A stretch of DNA of 64,000 bases from Octopus bimaculoides (Eukaryota), in the NCBI RefSeq assembly GCF_001194135.2, contig NC_068987.1, positions 85,579,758-85,643,757 of the forward strand. The letters are read 5' to 3'. Shown piece by piece: positions 63,858 to 64,000 of the stretch. The position numbers and the translations under genes were made by a program. The notes below the pieces were generated by a model. The model worked only from the letters and a program-made list of their open reading frames with translations, was not told the origin of the DNA and did no database searches. Position 1 is the stretch's first letter. Every line of letters starts with the position of its first letter.

Positions 63858-64000
63858 GGATGCTGCAAGGGCTCATACGGCTGTAAAGATCAATTATTGA
63901 TCAATAAAGCCATAACTGAAGACAGCCGCAGAAAGAAGAAAGGCCTCAGTATGGCCTGGGTGGACTACCAAAAGGCTTTCGACAGTGTTCCCCACACGTG
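63858..64000 (+). mobile_element. R4/Dong-clade LINE, 5'-truncated, open RT frame continuing out of the window
   Basis: GCCKGSYGCKDQLLINKAITEDSRRKKKGLSMAWVDYQKAFDSVPHT, with no stops in 47 codons. Confidence 0.93.

Noticed and set aside
1-64000. CRISPR array, operon or prokaryotic defence-type system
   Set aside because: There is no repeat-spacer periodicity and no dense ORFs; the sequence is spliced eukaryotic DNA.

Overview
Eukaryotic, AT-rich, microsatellite- and SINE-saturated draft-assembly DNA with 14 N-gaps, most flanked by (TA)n. The repeat landscape looks like a coleoid cephalopod, most likely Octopus (inference from pattern recognition, not a database hit). Only one host gene is supportable: six canonical GT-AG exons on the minus strand (63667-63400, 54126-53898, 37494-37382, 31076-30939, 28974-28875, 22141-22041). 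They join in phase into TM4 to the start of TM11 of an SLC6/NSS Na+/Cl- amino-acid-type transporter. The 5' exons must lie beyond position 64000, and no canonical TM11-12 exon was found. The rest is intronic or flanking: at least five tRNA-derived SINE families, decayed R4/Dong-, HERO-, CR1/L2- and RTE-like LINE pieces, two mariner remnants, MITEs and microsatellites. Nearly all of the supplied ORF track is microsatellite or gap artefact. No prokaryotic system, CRISPR array, rRNA or intact tRNA is present. The best leads are: (1) a tRNA-headed SINE whose reconstructed consensus carries a Penelope-type minimal hammerhead ribozyme and occurs as head-to-head inverted dimers at all three loci; (2) a second hammerhead-like repeat; (3) a pri-miRNA-like intronic hairpin; (4) an in-phase orphan terminal exon; (5) unusual substrate-pocket residues in the transporter; (6) a stack of different R4/Dong LINEs joined through (AAT)n tracts. 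Exon coordinates are exact; repeat boundaries are approximate (about +/-20 nt).
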